Assembly: GCF_035285525.1 (NCBI RefSeq)
Contig: NZ_JAYKGW010000149.1
Coordinates: forward strand, 1 to 15,092
DNA: 15,092 bases
Direction of reading: 5' to 3'
From: Okeania sp.
GTDB taxonomy: Bacteria; Cyanobacteriota; Cyanobacteriia; Cyanobacteriales; Microcoleaceae
Shown: positions 1-6,932 of the stretch, piece by piece
Position numbering within the stretch: the stretch's first letter is position 1
How the letters are laid out: each line of letters starts with the position of its first letter
Program-made: the position numbers and the translations under genes
The notes under the pieces: model-generated
The model's input: only the letters and a program-made list of their open reading frames with translations
Told to the model about the DNA's origin: nothing
Databases searched by the model: none

Positions 1-42
1 GGTTTTATAAGTGAGTTAACAAGTTTTTACAGATTGTCAGCT

Positions 43-135
43 AAACCCGCCCCATATCATATAAGCAACCGCCTAAGGGGGCGGGTTTATATAAATCTGA
101 GAGTGAGCATGAAAATTTCTGTGAAAACCCGCCCC
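43..135. repeat. Three-armed palindromic repeat (AAACCCGCCCC / GGGGCGGGTTT / AAACCCGCCCC), small dispersed-repeat type
   Basis: The 11-mer AAACCCGCCCC is at 43-53 and 125-135, and its exact reverse complement GGGGCGGGTTT is at 78-88. This allows two alternative GC-rich hairpins just downstream of the minus-strand stop at 249. The motif class GTGAAAACCCGCCCCTAC is typical of Nostocales small repeats (from memory). Confidence 0.7.
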
Positions 136-248
136 TACCACATACACCATTTAAGATGAAACGGTCTACTACTAGATTGTTTCTATACTTTATTCTCCAA
201 TTTATCGGAACCGTAGCCAGCGGATTTCATATAACCAGATACTAGACT

Positions 249-1829
249 TTATGTTATATGGAAATTGAGCCAACGTGCCCAGGCAAACTTCATAGTAGTA
301 TTCGGAGGAAGGCGAGTTGCGATCGCAATATGATAATGTTCTTTTCTAGATACTTCCACCGATAACTGTAGTTGAGAAGGAGTATTTGCCTCTACTGCTA
401 CCCACCCCGAGAAACCCAGGGTTGATTGATTATTTTCATTTTCAAAGCAAGCTTGAGGTTCCATACCTTCTTGAATAACAGCCATGGCATATTCAACTAT
501 ACTTGCATTAGCGTGTTCTGTAGCAACAGTTGCAGTCAGATGAGACGCGGATGGTGGAAAGCAATAAGGTAACATTGCTACAGTTAACCCGATGGGGCGG
601 GGGTGAATTTGTATTTTAGCTCCCTCTTCAATGATATGAACGTATGAACAAGCATCTGTTTCCAGGTTAGGAGTAACTTCCTGAAGGCTCAAAAGCGCTC
701 TCTGTCCTAAGTAACCCGATTTAATTGACTCTGAAAGCTCATTTTCATCGCCCACTATGGATGCAGAGTAAGGACTTATGACTCGACGACTCCCTGGTAA
801 ACCTGTCCAAAGCCGAAATGCCAAACTCTGTGGAAAAGACTCTTGCTTTGTATAAGCTTGATATTCTGGTACTGGTTGAATCATCCCTAAAGATAAACAA
901 GGTGCTGGCCCAACTTTAGTTTGAAATTCAATACTTAACTCTATCTCTCGCTGAAAACCAATGTCAATACTGGGTAAATCTAGAGAAAACCAACCTGCTT
1001 TTAAATGTTGATAAGGAACTTGCCATTTTGCTAAACAAGTTTTATCTTCAGGAATGTCCACTGCCACAACCATCATACCCCTACTATTAATATTATTTTT
1101 GTTCACATGGAAGTCTACTGCGGCAAGTCCCCGTGAACCTATGGGCAGCAGTTGCTTCAGGACAAAATCGGAACCTGGTGTAGGAATTACATAATTTTTT
1201 GTAGGTTGATTCTCAAATTTCAGTTGCAAATTGGGTAATTTGGCCTGGGAGAGAAAATCTTCTACTGCAGCGAAGGCATTTTGAACATTTTCGTGAAGGG
1301 TTCGTAGAGATAAATACTGTCGGTGCAGGGTAGTTAATCTTTGAGCAATTTCTTTACTTTCTGTCATTAAAGTAGAGGCAATAAGCTGCCAAAATTGAGT
1401 TTCAAGAGGTGTTTTATCTTGATAGTCAAGTTTGAAAATATTTGGTGTATTTTCTTCTCTTCCCTTTGTTTGCCACCAATTTACTAAGGGTTCTAGTTGC
1501 TCTTTTCCCTGAGCAGAAAATACTAAAAAGCCTAAACAAAAAGTCGGCGGCCATTGTATTTCTACTGAATCATCATTAAGTGTTTCTCCTAAAGGTAAAA
1601 TAACTCCAATGAGATTAGATTCATCATAGATAAATTGATAAATTGCTATACTACTATTTACAGCATTTAAGAAAGCTGAATGATAATGGTAATCTTCTGC
1701 TGAAATAATAATTTTATTTAGTGATGAGGATAGATCGCCCAAAAACTTTCTACTTGTCAGAATAGTTATCTGATTGTTATGAGGGCTTGGTAAAGTTTTA
1801 GATGCAGGTTTAAAGAGTTTTGTTTCCAT
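249..1829 (-). CDS. Hypothetical protein, 526 aa, no recognisable catalytic motif
   Basis: Long uninterrupted ORF with non-repetitive composition and an internal helical segment (ESKEIAQRLTTLHRQYLSLRTLHENVQNAFAAVEDF). No obvious TM segments. No Shine-Dalgarno; the start codon abuts a dispersed repeat. I do not recognise the family. Confidence 0.75.
   Translation of the reverse strand: METKLFKPASKTLPSPHNNQITILTSRKFLGDLSSSLNKIIISAEDYHYHSAFLNAVNSSIAIYQFIYDESNLIGVILPLGETLNDDSVEIQWPPTFCLGFLVFSAQGKEQLEPLVNWWQTKGREENTPNIFKLDYQDKTPLETQFWQLIASTLMTESKEIAQRLTTLHRQYLSLRTLHENVQNAFAAVEDFLSQAKLPNLQLKFENQPTKNYVIPTPGSDFVLKQLLPIGSRGLAAVDFHVNKNNINSRGMMVVAVDIPEDKTCLAKWQVPYQHLKAGWFSLDLPSIDIGFQREIELSIEFQTKVGPAPCLSLGMIQPVPEYQAYTKQESFPQSLAFRLWTGLPGSRRVISPYSASIVGDENELSESIKSGYLGQRALLSLQEVTPNLETDACSYVHIIEEGAKIQIHPRPIGLTVAMLPYCFPPSASHLTATVATEHANASIVEYAMAVIQEGMEPQACFENENNQSTLGFSGWVAVEANTPSQLQLSVEVSRKEHYHIAIATRLPPNTTMKFAWARWLNFHIT
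319..326. repeat. HIP1 octamer GCGATCGC
   Basis: Exact match read in sequence. Confidence 0.95.
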
Positions 1830-1830
1830 A

Positions 1831-1955
1831 GATCATTTCAGTTATTAGTTATTAGTTGTCAGTGAACCTCCGACTAAACTCGGAGGCTTGAAATAGTGAA
1901 TTAAAATTTTTTCATCCTCTTAAAAGGGCAGGCTTTATACCTCCTTTTCTCCTCA
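1831..1955. mobile_element. Copy A of a ~113-bp small dispersed element (heptamer CAGTTAT-like head plus hairpin plus conserved tail)
   Basis: Aligns block by block with the insertion at 4690-4802: TTTCAGTTAT(T/C)AGTTAT, (G)AACCTC, TGAAATA(G/C)TGAAT, TTTTTTCATC, CTCTT, AAAGGG, GCTTTA(T/G)AC(C)TC. Contains a perfect 7-bp hairpin, CCTCCGA 1867-1873 / TCGGAGG 1880-1886. The right boundary is approximate. Confidence 0.65.
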
Positions 1956-1988
1956 AGGTTTAGAAAATAGGGAATAGTATAAATTTAA

Positions 1989-2050
1989 AACCCATTTTCG
2001 TGTTTCCTTTGCCAAAAACACGCACTTTTGCGTATATATTAAAATGGGTT
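1989..2050. repeat. Nested palindromic element (10-bp outer stem enclosing a 7-bp hairpin)
   Basis: AACCCATTTT at 1989-1998 pairs with AAAATGGGTT at 2041-2050. Inside, CGTGTTT at 1999-2005 pairs with AAACACG at 2016-2022. An alternative short stem is CGCA 2021-2024 / TGCG 2029-2032. Confidence 0.5.
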
Positions 2051-2220
2051 ATATAGATTAACAATTAACTTTTGAAGGTAGTGCAAAAATACAAATTAGT
2101 CAAGCTCCACAAGATTAATCCTATTATTCCCCAATTTTTATCTGCATACTTTATTTAGTTCATCCAATAACTGTTTAAATCTTACCAAGGAAGTAATTTG
2201 TGTTGTTTAGTTTCTGCATC

Positions 2221-2341
2221 AGGACTTACGCAAAGGTACTATAATATACAGGACTTACCCACAGACACTATATTATATAGACTCTCGGTGCGTTACGCTG
2301 CACTAACACACCCTACTAATAGCGTTCATGGCTTTAGTCCT
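2221..2341. mobile_element. MITE-like element with AGGACTTACGCA-type end
   Basis: The first 22 nt, AGGACTTACGCAAAGGTACTAT (2221-2242), are identical to 4004-4025. There is an internal second AGGACTTAC copy at 2250-2258 and an internal imperfect palindrome GGTGCGTTAC...CTAACACACC. The right end TAGTCCT (2335-2341) is an imperfect inverted copy of the left terminus. Confidence 0.55.
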
Positions 2342-2360
2342 GTGTATATAATATTTTCTT

Positions 2361-2391
2361 GACTTATGACTTATAACTTATGACTTATGAC
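2361..2391. repeat. STRR-type heptamer tandem repeat (GACTTAT)x4.4
   Basis: Reads GACTTAT GACTTAT AACTTAT GACTTAT GAC directly in the sequence. Confidence 0.9.
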
Positions 2392-2436
2392 CTTTGTTTT
2401 GTCCTGCTCCCTTCCCGGTGGAAGATTTCCTGTAAG

Positions 2437-2522
2437 GTAGGTTGGGTTGAGGTAAGAAACCCAACACAGACCTTGGGTTTCGTACCATGCTAGGCAACCC
2501 TAACGGGAACAACTCAACCTAC
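2437..2522. mobile_element. MITE-like element with GTAGGTTG..GAG / CTCAACCTAC termini
   Basis: GTAGGTTGGGTTGAG at 2437-2451 versus CTCAACCTAC at 2513-2522 (terminal inverted repeat with a 4-nt bulge). Internal hairpin GTTGGGTT...AACCCAAC. This motif class (GGGTTTCG..CAACCTAC) is common in Nostocales repeats (from memory). Confidence 0.6.
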
Positions 2523-2640
2523 AATCTTTCGGTAATCTTAGAGCGTAATGGGAGTAAGTTGAAGTATTTAAGTAGATATTATGTGAGTTCTTTTTATTTG
2601 ATATAATGGAAGTTTGTCACAAATAATATATAGTTTCTAA

Positions 2641-2646
2641 GAGGAG
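2641..2646 (+). promoter_or_regulatory. Shine-Dalgarno for ilvC
   Basis: GAGGAG lies 8 nt upstream of the ATG at 2655. Confidence 0.7.
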
Positions 2647-2654
2647 AAAAAATA

Positions 2655-3650
2655 ATGGCCAAAATGTATTATGACACCGATGCTAACCTGGACATCTTAA
2701 ACGACAAAACCATCGCTATCATTGGTTATGGTTCTCAAGGTCATGCTCACGCCTTGAACCTAAAAGATAGTGGAGCAAAAGTAATCGTCGGCCTCTATCC
2801 AGGTAGTAAATCTGCTGCCAAAGCAAAAGCAGAAGGTTTAGATGTTTACCCAGTAGATGAAGCTGCCAAAAAAGCAGACTTTATAATGATTCTTTTACCA
2901 GACGAAGTGCAGAAAACCGTCTATAAAAATGAAATTGAACCCCATCTCACAGAAGGAAAAATTATTGCTTTTGCCCACGGTTTCAATATTCACTTTGGTC
3001 AAATTTTGCCTCCATCAAACATAGACGTAGTAATGATAGCACCAAAAGGTCCCGGACATTTAGTCAGACGAACCTATGAACAAGGAGAAGGAGTTCCCTG
3101 TTTATTTGCCATTTATCAAGATGCTTCTGGTCAAGCACGCGATCGCGCGATGGCTTATGCTCAAGGTATTGGTGGTACTCGCGCAGGTATCCTCGAAACT
3201 ACCTTCCGGGAAGAAACCGAAACCGACCTCTTTGGTGAACAAGTTGTTCTCTGTGGTGGTCTCAGTGCGTTAATTAAATCTGGTTTTCAAACTTTAGTAG
3301 AAGCTGGATATCAACCAGAACTAGCATACTTTGAATGTCTCCACGAAGTAAAACTTATTGTCGATCTAGTAGTAGAAGGTGGTTTGGCAAAAATGCGCGA
3401 CAGTATCTCTAATACTGCTGAGTTTGGCGACTACACTCGCGGACCTCGCATTGTCACCGATGAAACTCGCGCTGAAATGAAGAAAATTTTAAGTGAAATT
3501 CAATCTGGTCAGTTTGCACGGGAGTTTGTGATGGAAAACCAAACAGGTAAACCTGTATTTACTTCTATCCGTCGCCAAGAAGCAGAACATCCTATTGAAG
3601 AGGTTGGTAAAGACTTACGTGCTATGTTTAGTTGGTTAAAGAAACGCTAA
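2655..3650 (+). CDS. ilvC: Ketol-acid reductoisomerase (class I KARI, 331 aa)
   Basis: N-terminal Rossmann motif [19 protein letters not shown], metal and substrate motifs ETDLFGEQ and LCGG, and a length typical of the short bacterial class. Strong RBS. Confidence 0.97.
   Translation: MAKMYYDTDANLDILNDKTIAIIGYGSQGHAHALNLKDSGAKVIVGLYPGSKSAAKAKAEGLDVYPVDEAAKKADFIMILLPDEVQKTVYKNEIEPHLTEGKIIAFAHGFNIHFGQILPPSNIDVVMIAPKGPGHLVRRTYEQGEGVPCLFAIYQDASGQARDRAMAYAQGIGGTRAGILETTFREETETDLFGEQVVLCGGLSALIKSGFQTLVEAGYQPELAYFECLHEVKLIVDLVVEGGLAKMRDSISNTAEFGDYTRGPRIVTDETRAEMKKILSEIQSGQFAREFVMENQTGKPVFTSIRRQEAEHPIEEVGKDLRAMFSWLKKR
3139..3146. repeat. HIP1 octamer GCGATCGC
   Basis: Exact match inside ilvC. Confidence 0.95.
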
Positions 3651-3665
3651 GAATTTTCTCAGAAA

Positions 3666-3697
3666 GGGAGCATCTTGCTCCCGTGGGTTTACTTTTT
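3666..3697 (+). terminator. Putative intrinsic terminator of ilvC
   Basis: GGGAGCA at 3666-3672 pairs with TGCTCCC at 3676-3682 (loop TCT, or a 6-bp stem with a 5-nt loop). It starts 16 nt after the stop and is followed by GTGGGTTTACTTTTT. The T-run is displaced from the stem, so it is not canonical. Confidence 0.5.
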
Positions 3698-4003
3698 CAG
3701 TTATCAGTAGTTTCTACTGAACCAGGAAGTTTGATATAAACAGGACTTAGGCAATATATTCTTATATCATGTCCGGATGATCGGTGATAAAAAACCTTGA
3801 TCCTTGCAGAGCCATAACTATTGGAAAATAAATGAATAAAACATCAATTCTGGAGATAAAAAGACTGAAATTTTGAGATGTAAAAGTTTTGAAATGTAAT
3901 CATAAACAGCTAAATAACTATTGTACAACAGATGAATATAAGATCAATAATTGCTATGTTTCCTGATATAGCTACTTTCATGGAACAAAGCCAATATTAA
4001 TAC

Positions 4004-4092
4004 AGGACTTACGCAAAGGTACTATCTATAGGGTTCAAAAACTGTTGTGCCATAGTTTTAAGCACTATATATAGCGTCACTGCGTAAGTCCT
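4004..4092. mobile_element. 89-bp MITE with perfect 12-bp terminal inverted repeats
   Basis: AGGACTTACGCA at 4004-4015 and TGCGTAAGTCCT at 4081-4092 are exact reverse complements. The left end is identical to 2221-2242. No coding capacity. Confidence 0.8.
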
Positions 4093-4404
4093 ATCATAAT
4101 TAAATGTTCTCAGTAGTAAGCATCTTGCTCCCATGGGTGTACTTCTTTAATTATTAGTTATCTTTTTTTGAAAAGGAAATTTTATGAGTAATTAAGAGTA
4201 TAATTTCAGAGATAAAATTATTTGTAATTAATCAGAAAATCAGGAATATGTAAAATGTCATATAGTGATTTTGATTTAAAAAAAGTAAAAGCTGAGTTTG
4301 ATTTGAAGATTATAGAAACAGAAGATTTATTTTCTCAAGTTGAACCTGTAGAAAGTAGTAATCTTTGAGCTGAGATGTTAAAGCAAAATGTACCCCTGGC
4401 TTTA

Positions 4405-4412
4405 GCGATCGC
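4405..4412. repeat. HIP1 octamer GCGATCGC
   Basis: Exact match. Confidence 0.95.
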
Positions 4413-4689
4413 TACGGAAAAACCTAGTTCTGAGCTAATAATTATTAATATTTTGCTGGAGATTAAAAGACAACTTCAAATCAGTTTTTTTCTGGTATAG
4501 ATTTCTCGGTTGATAGGGATAAGGCATTGAATGGATTTGGTGATTTTATTATTAGTAAATCTTCTGAACAATTATATTTAGATACCCCTGTAGTTGTTGT
4601 TGTAGAAGCTAAAAATGAAAGGATAGTTAGTGGTTTAGGACAATGTATTGCAGAAATGGTTGGGGCGGAAATATATAATCAACAAGATG

Positions 4690-4802
4690 GTTATTTCAGT
4701 TATCAGTTATCAGAACCTCTAACTTCAGCTAAAGTGAAATACTGAATCGAATATTTTTTTCATCTCTTGGAAAGGGGAAGCTTTAGACTCAATTTTTCGG
4801 TA
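4690..4802. mobile_element. Copy B of the ~113-bp small dispersed element, inserted into the nuclease-like gene
   Basis: Flanked by the direct repeat AAGATG (4684-4689 and 4803-4808). Removing 4690-4808 (119 bp) restores the frame to ...EIYNQQDARLIYGLVTTG.... The element is homologous to 1831-1955. I see no terminal inverted repeats and no ORF. Confidence 0.8.
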
Positions 4803-4970
4803 AAGATGCTCGGTTGATTTATGGTTTGGTGACGACTGGTCATGTTTGGAAATTTTTAAAGTTGGAAAAGAATTTAGTGTTTATTGATGTAGAGAATTAC
4901 TATATTAAAGATTACAGAAAGAAAATAGGAATTTTAGTGGATATAATTAATTCAATTAAACCTTTGATGT

Positions 4971-5012
4971 AACACAGCCTTCGTTGGCTTTAACAACCTG
5001 GAAGGTTGTGTT
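4971..5012. repeat. Palindromic small repeat / hairpin overlapping the pseudogene stop
   Basis: AACACAGCCTTC at 4971-4982 versus GAAGGTTGTGTT at 5001-5012 (11 of 12 complementary plus one G-T). The AACACAG(A)CCTT string also occurs in the 2437-2522 element. Confidence 0.5.
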
Positions 5013-5050
5013 ACCAAGTTTACTAACAGCTTTGTAATTTTTTTTCCTAA

Positions 5051-5090
5051 CCTTCTTCCTTCTTCCTTCTTCCTTCTTCCTTCTTCCTTC
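5051..5090. repeat. STRR-type heptamer tandem repeat (CCTTCTT)x5.7
   Basis: Five perfect CCTTCTT units at 5051-5085 plus CCTTC. Confidence 0.95.
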
Positions 5091-5153
5091 CATCCGAAAA
5101 GTGCTAATTATCTCAAACTTTCTGCTAGTTTATATCCATTAATTACTTGCACA

Positions 5154-5729
5154 ATGTTTATTTGTCCGGTTTTAATTCGAATGTGGGGGCATATTAATTT
5201 TCCCGATTTAGTTGGCAAAGAAGCAGATATAATTTTTCTGATGATGTTAGCTAAATATACCTCAATTGGTATTGCTTCTTTAGTAATGGTGGGAGCTTTG
5301 GCAGCTTTTATGTCAACTCTTGATTCTCAACTTTTAGCTTTAAGTTCTATGATTACTAGGGATATTTATATTATTTATATTCGTCTCCAAGCTTCTCTAA
5401 AAGAACAAACTTTTATCGGCAAAATTTTAATAGTTATTTTAGGAATAATTGGTTTGATTTTAGCAGCAAATCCGCCAGCAAAAATAGCAGCGATCATTAC
5501 TCAAGCTTTTACTGGTTTAGCAGTATTATTTCCCACAGTTATTGCTGCTTTATATGGCAAAAATATTTCACCTCTGAGTTGTATAATTTCGATTATTTTT
5601 GGTGAAATGGCAGTTATTGGTTTTCAGGTAGGTTTTATTCCTAAAAGTTTCGCTTTTGGATTTTTGCCAGTAGTGCCAATAGTAATAATTTGCAGTTTAA
5701 TAATTGTTATTTTAGGGAGTAGGGAGTAG
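5154..5729 (+). pseudogene. Sodium:solute symporter (SSF) family, C-terminal remnant only (191 aa)
   Basis: VGALAAFMSTLDSQLLALSSMITRDIY matches the conserved SSF (PutP/PanF/SGLT-type) helix motif GALAA.MST.DS.LL..SS..T.D.Y, which normally sits about 300 residues into a roughly 480-500 aa protein. About five hydrophobic helices follow. The upstream in-frame sequence (4968-5153) is repeat DNA, not transporter. Confidence 0.7.
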
Positions 5730-5736
5730 GGAGTAG
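5713..5736. repeat. STRR-type heptamer tandem repeat (TAGGGAG)x3.4
   Basis: Reads TAGGGAG TAGGGAG TAGGGAG TAG. The symporter remnant's last codons and its stop (LGSRE*) lie inside this array. Confidence 0.9.
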
Positions 5737-5769
5737 TATTCAGGAATAATATTTGCTACACTTTCTTAA

Positions 5770-5797
5770 GTAGGGACGTTGCATACAACCTTCCTAC
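5770..5797. repeat. Imperfect palindrome GTAGGGACGTTG / CAACCTTCCTAC
   Basis: 10 of 12 positions are complementary around a 4-nt loop (CATA). It resembles the GTAG..ACGTTGCA..CTAC palindromic repeat class of Nostocales (from memory) and may act as a terminator. Confidence 0.4.
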
Positions 5798-5830
5798 GGG
5801 AGAAGTAAAAACATGAAGAATTTATGAATT

Positions 5831-6844
5831 ATGCAGAAACCGGGTTTATCAACTACCGCTACAACTCCACGGGTAAGTGTAATCACACCTGTATATAATT
5901 GCGATCGCTATATTACTCAAGCAATAGAAAGTATTTTTGCCCAGACATATCAATCTTATGAAATCATTATCATTGATGATGGTTCCACAGATAATACCCG
6001 CTCTGTCTTGGAACCCTATATTGAAAGGATTCGTTATGTATATCAAGAAAATCAAGGGGTTTCAGCAGCTCGAAATCATGGCATTAATTTGGCGCGGGGA
6101 GAATTAATTGCTTTTTTGGACGCGGACGATTTTTTTCTACCGGATAAATTAACTGGTCAAGTGGGGGTATTTGATGGTCAACCAAATTTAGGAATAGTTC
6201 ACAGTGGGTGGCGCAGAGTAAATCAGCAAGGTGAAACAATAACAGACGAAACACCCTGGGATTATGTTCCCAAGTTAGATTTGGAAGGATGGTTGCGATG
6301 GAAACCTATTGGTACAATGGGTACTTTAATGTTTCGGCGAGATTGGTTAAATAAAGTGGGAAGTTTTCAGGTAGGATTAGGTCATGCAGAGGATGTAGAC
6401 TTGGTATTGCGTTTATCTGCACAGGGTTGTGAAGCTGATTGGTTACGACAGTCTACTATTTGTTATCGTCAGCATGACCAAAATACCATGCGGGATGGGG
6501 TGTCTCAGGCGAAATCTATTAATTGGGTTTTGGATAAGTTTTTTGCTTCGGAGTCTCTACCTTTGAAGACTAAGTTATTGGAAAAACAAGTGCGTTATAA
6601 TACTTTGGTTTGGAGTTCATGGTATTTATATTATACGGGTTTTTATTCTGAAATGGTGGAATATTTACAAAAGTCTTGGAAATATTCTCCCTATTTACCA
6701 ATGGGAACAGTTATTAATTGGATTGAAAATTTCACAGAATTTTCTGGAAACATGGGGAATGATTTAGATGCTGATAAATTGGCAAAAACTTCTGAATGGC
6801 AAAAGTTAATGAGTTGGGTAATTAGTAATAGTGGAGTTTCTTAA
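5831..6844 (+). CDS. Family 2 glycosyltransferase (GT-A fold), 337 aa
   Basis: Canonical GT2 N-terminus VSVITPVYNCDRYITQAIESIFAQTYQSYEIIIIDDGSTDNT, then GVSAARNHGINLARGELIAFLDADDFF with the DxD motif (DAD). Confidence 0.9.
   Translation: MQKPGLSTTATTPRVSVITPVYNCDRYITQAIESIFAQTYQSYEIIIIDDGSTDNTRSVLEPYIERIRYVYQENQGVSAARNHGINLARGELIAFLDADDFFLPDKLTGQVGVFDGQPNLGIVHSGWRRVNQQGETITDETPWDYVPKLDLEGWLRWKPIGTMGTLMFRRDWLNKVGSFQVGLGHAEDVDLVLRLSAQGCEADWLRQSTICYRQHDQNTMRDGVSQAKSINWVLDKFFASESLPLKTKLLEKQVRYNTLVWSSWYLYYTGFYSEMVEYLQKSWKYSPYLPMGTVINWIENFTEFSGNMGNDLDADKLAKTSEWQKLMSWVISNSGVS
5901..5908. repeat. HIP1 octamer GCGATCGC
   Basis: Exact match (codons for CDR in the GT2 gene). Confidence 0.95.
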
Positions 6845-6850
6845 AATCAA

Positions 6851-6907
6851 CTAATTGCTAAAAGATTATTGTTGATTATTTTTGAATAATTAACTATTAG
6901 CAATTAG
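6851..6907. terminator. Possible bidirectional terminator between convergent genes
   Basis: CTAATTGCTAA at 6851-6861 and TTAGCAATTAG at 6897-6907 are exact reverse complements (35-nt loop). A T8 run lies at 6917-6924. The stem is AT-rich and the loop long, so support is weak. Confidence 0.3.
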
Positions 6908-6932
6908 CAAGACATATTTTTTTTCAAAAGTT

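Larger units (their letters stand above)
4255..4972 (+). pseudogene. PD-(D/E)XK nuclease-like protein, inactivated by a nonsense codon, a frameshift and an element insertion
   Basis: Conceptual translation: MSYSDFDLKKVKAEFDLKIIETEDLFSQVEPVESSNL*AEMLKQNVPLALAIATEKPSSELIIINILLEIKRQLQISFF(fs)SGIDFSVDRDKALNGFGDFIISKSSEQLYLDTPVVVVVEAKNERIVSGLGQCIAEMVGAEIYNQQD[insertion]ARLIYGLVTTGHVWKFLKLEKNLVFIDVENYYIKDYRKKIGILVDIINSIKPLM*. The GDF...VVEAK pattern fits a D...(D/E)xK nuclease core. Lesions: TGA at 4366-4368, a T7 run at 4485-4491 (one T short of in-frame), and an insertion at 4690-4808. Confidence 0.75.

Noticed and set aside
3076-3273. 65-aa ORF on the plus strand
   Set aside because: It lies entirely inside ilvC in another frame. 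ilvC is unambiguous, and the overlapping ORF has low-complexity, non-protein-like sequence and no RBS.
5051-5090. Tandem heptamer arrays (also 2361-2391, 5713-5736 and 1839-1866) considered as CRISPR or other spaced repeats
   Set aside because: The units are 7 bp and directly abutting with no spacers, which is classic STRR-type microsatellite behaviour, not CRISPR.
5154-5729. Possibility that the 191-aa ORF is an intact small transporter
   Set aside because: The conserved SSF motif it starts with normally lies about 300 residues into the protein, and the upstream DNA is repeat sequence. I treat it as a remnant, although expression of the fragment cannot be excluded.
5849-6055. 68-aa ORF antisense to the GT2 gene
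   Set aside because: It is fully embedded antisense in the most conserved part of the glycosyltransferase. It has no start context and is probably a chance ORF in AT-rich DNA.
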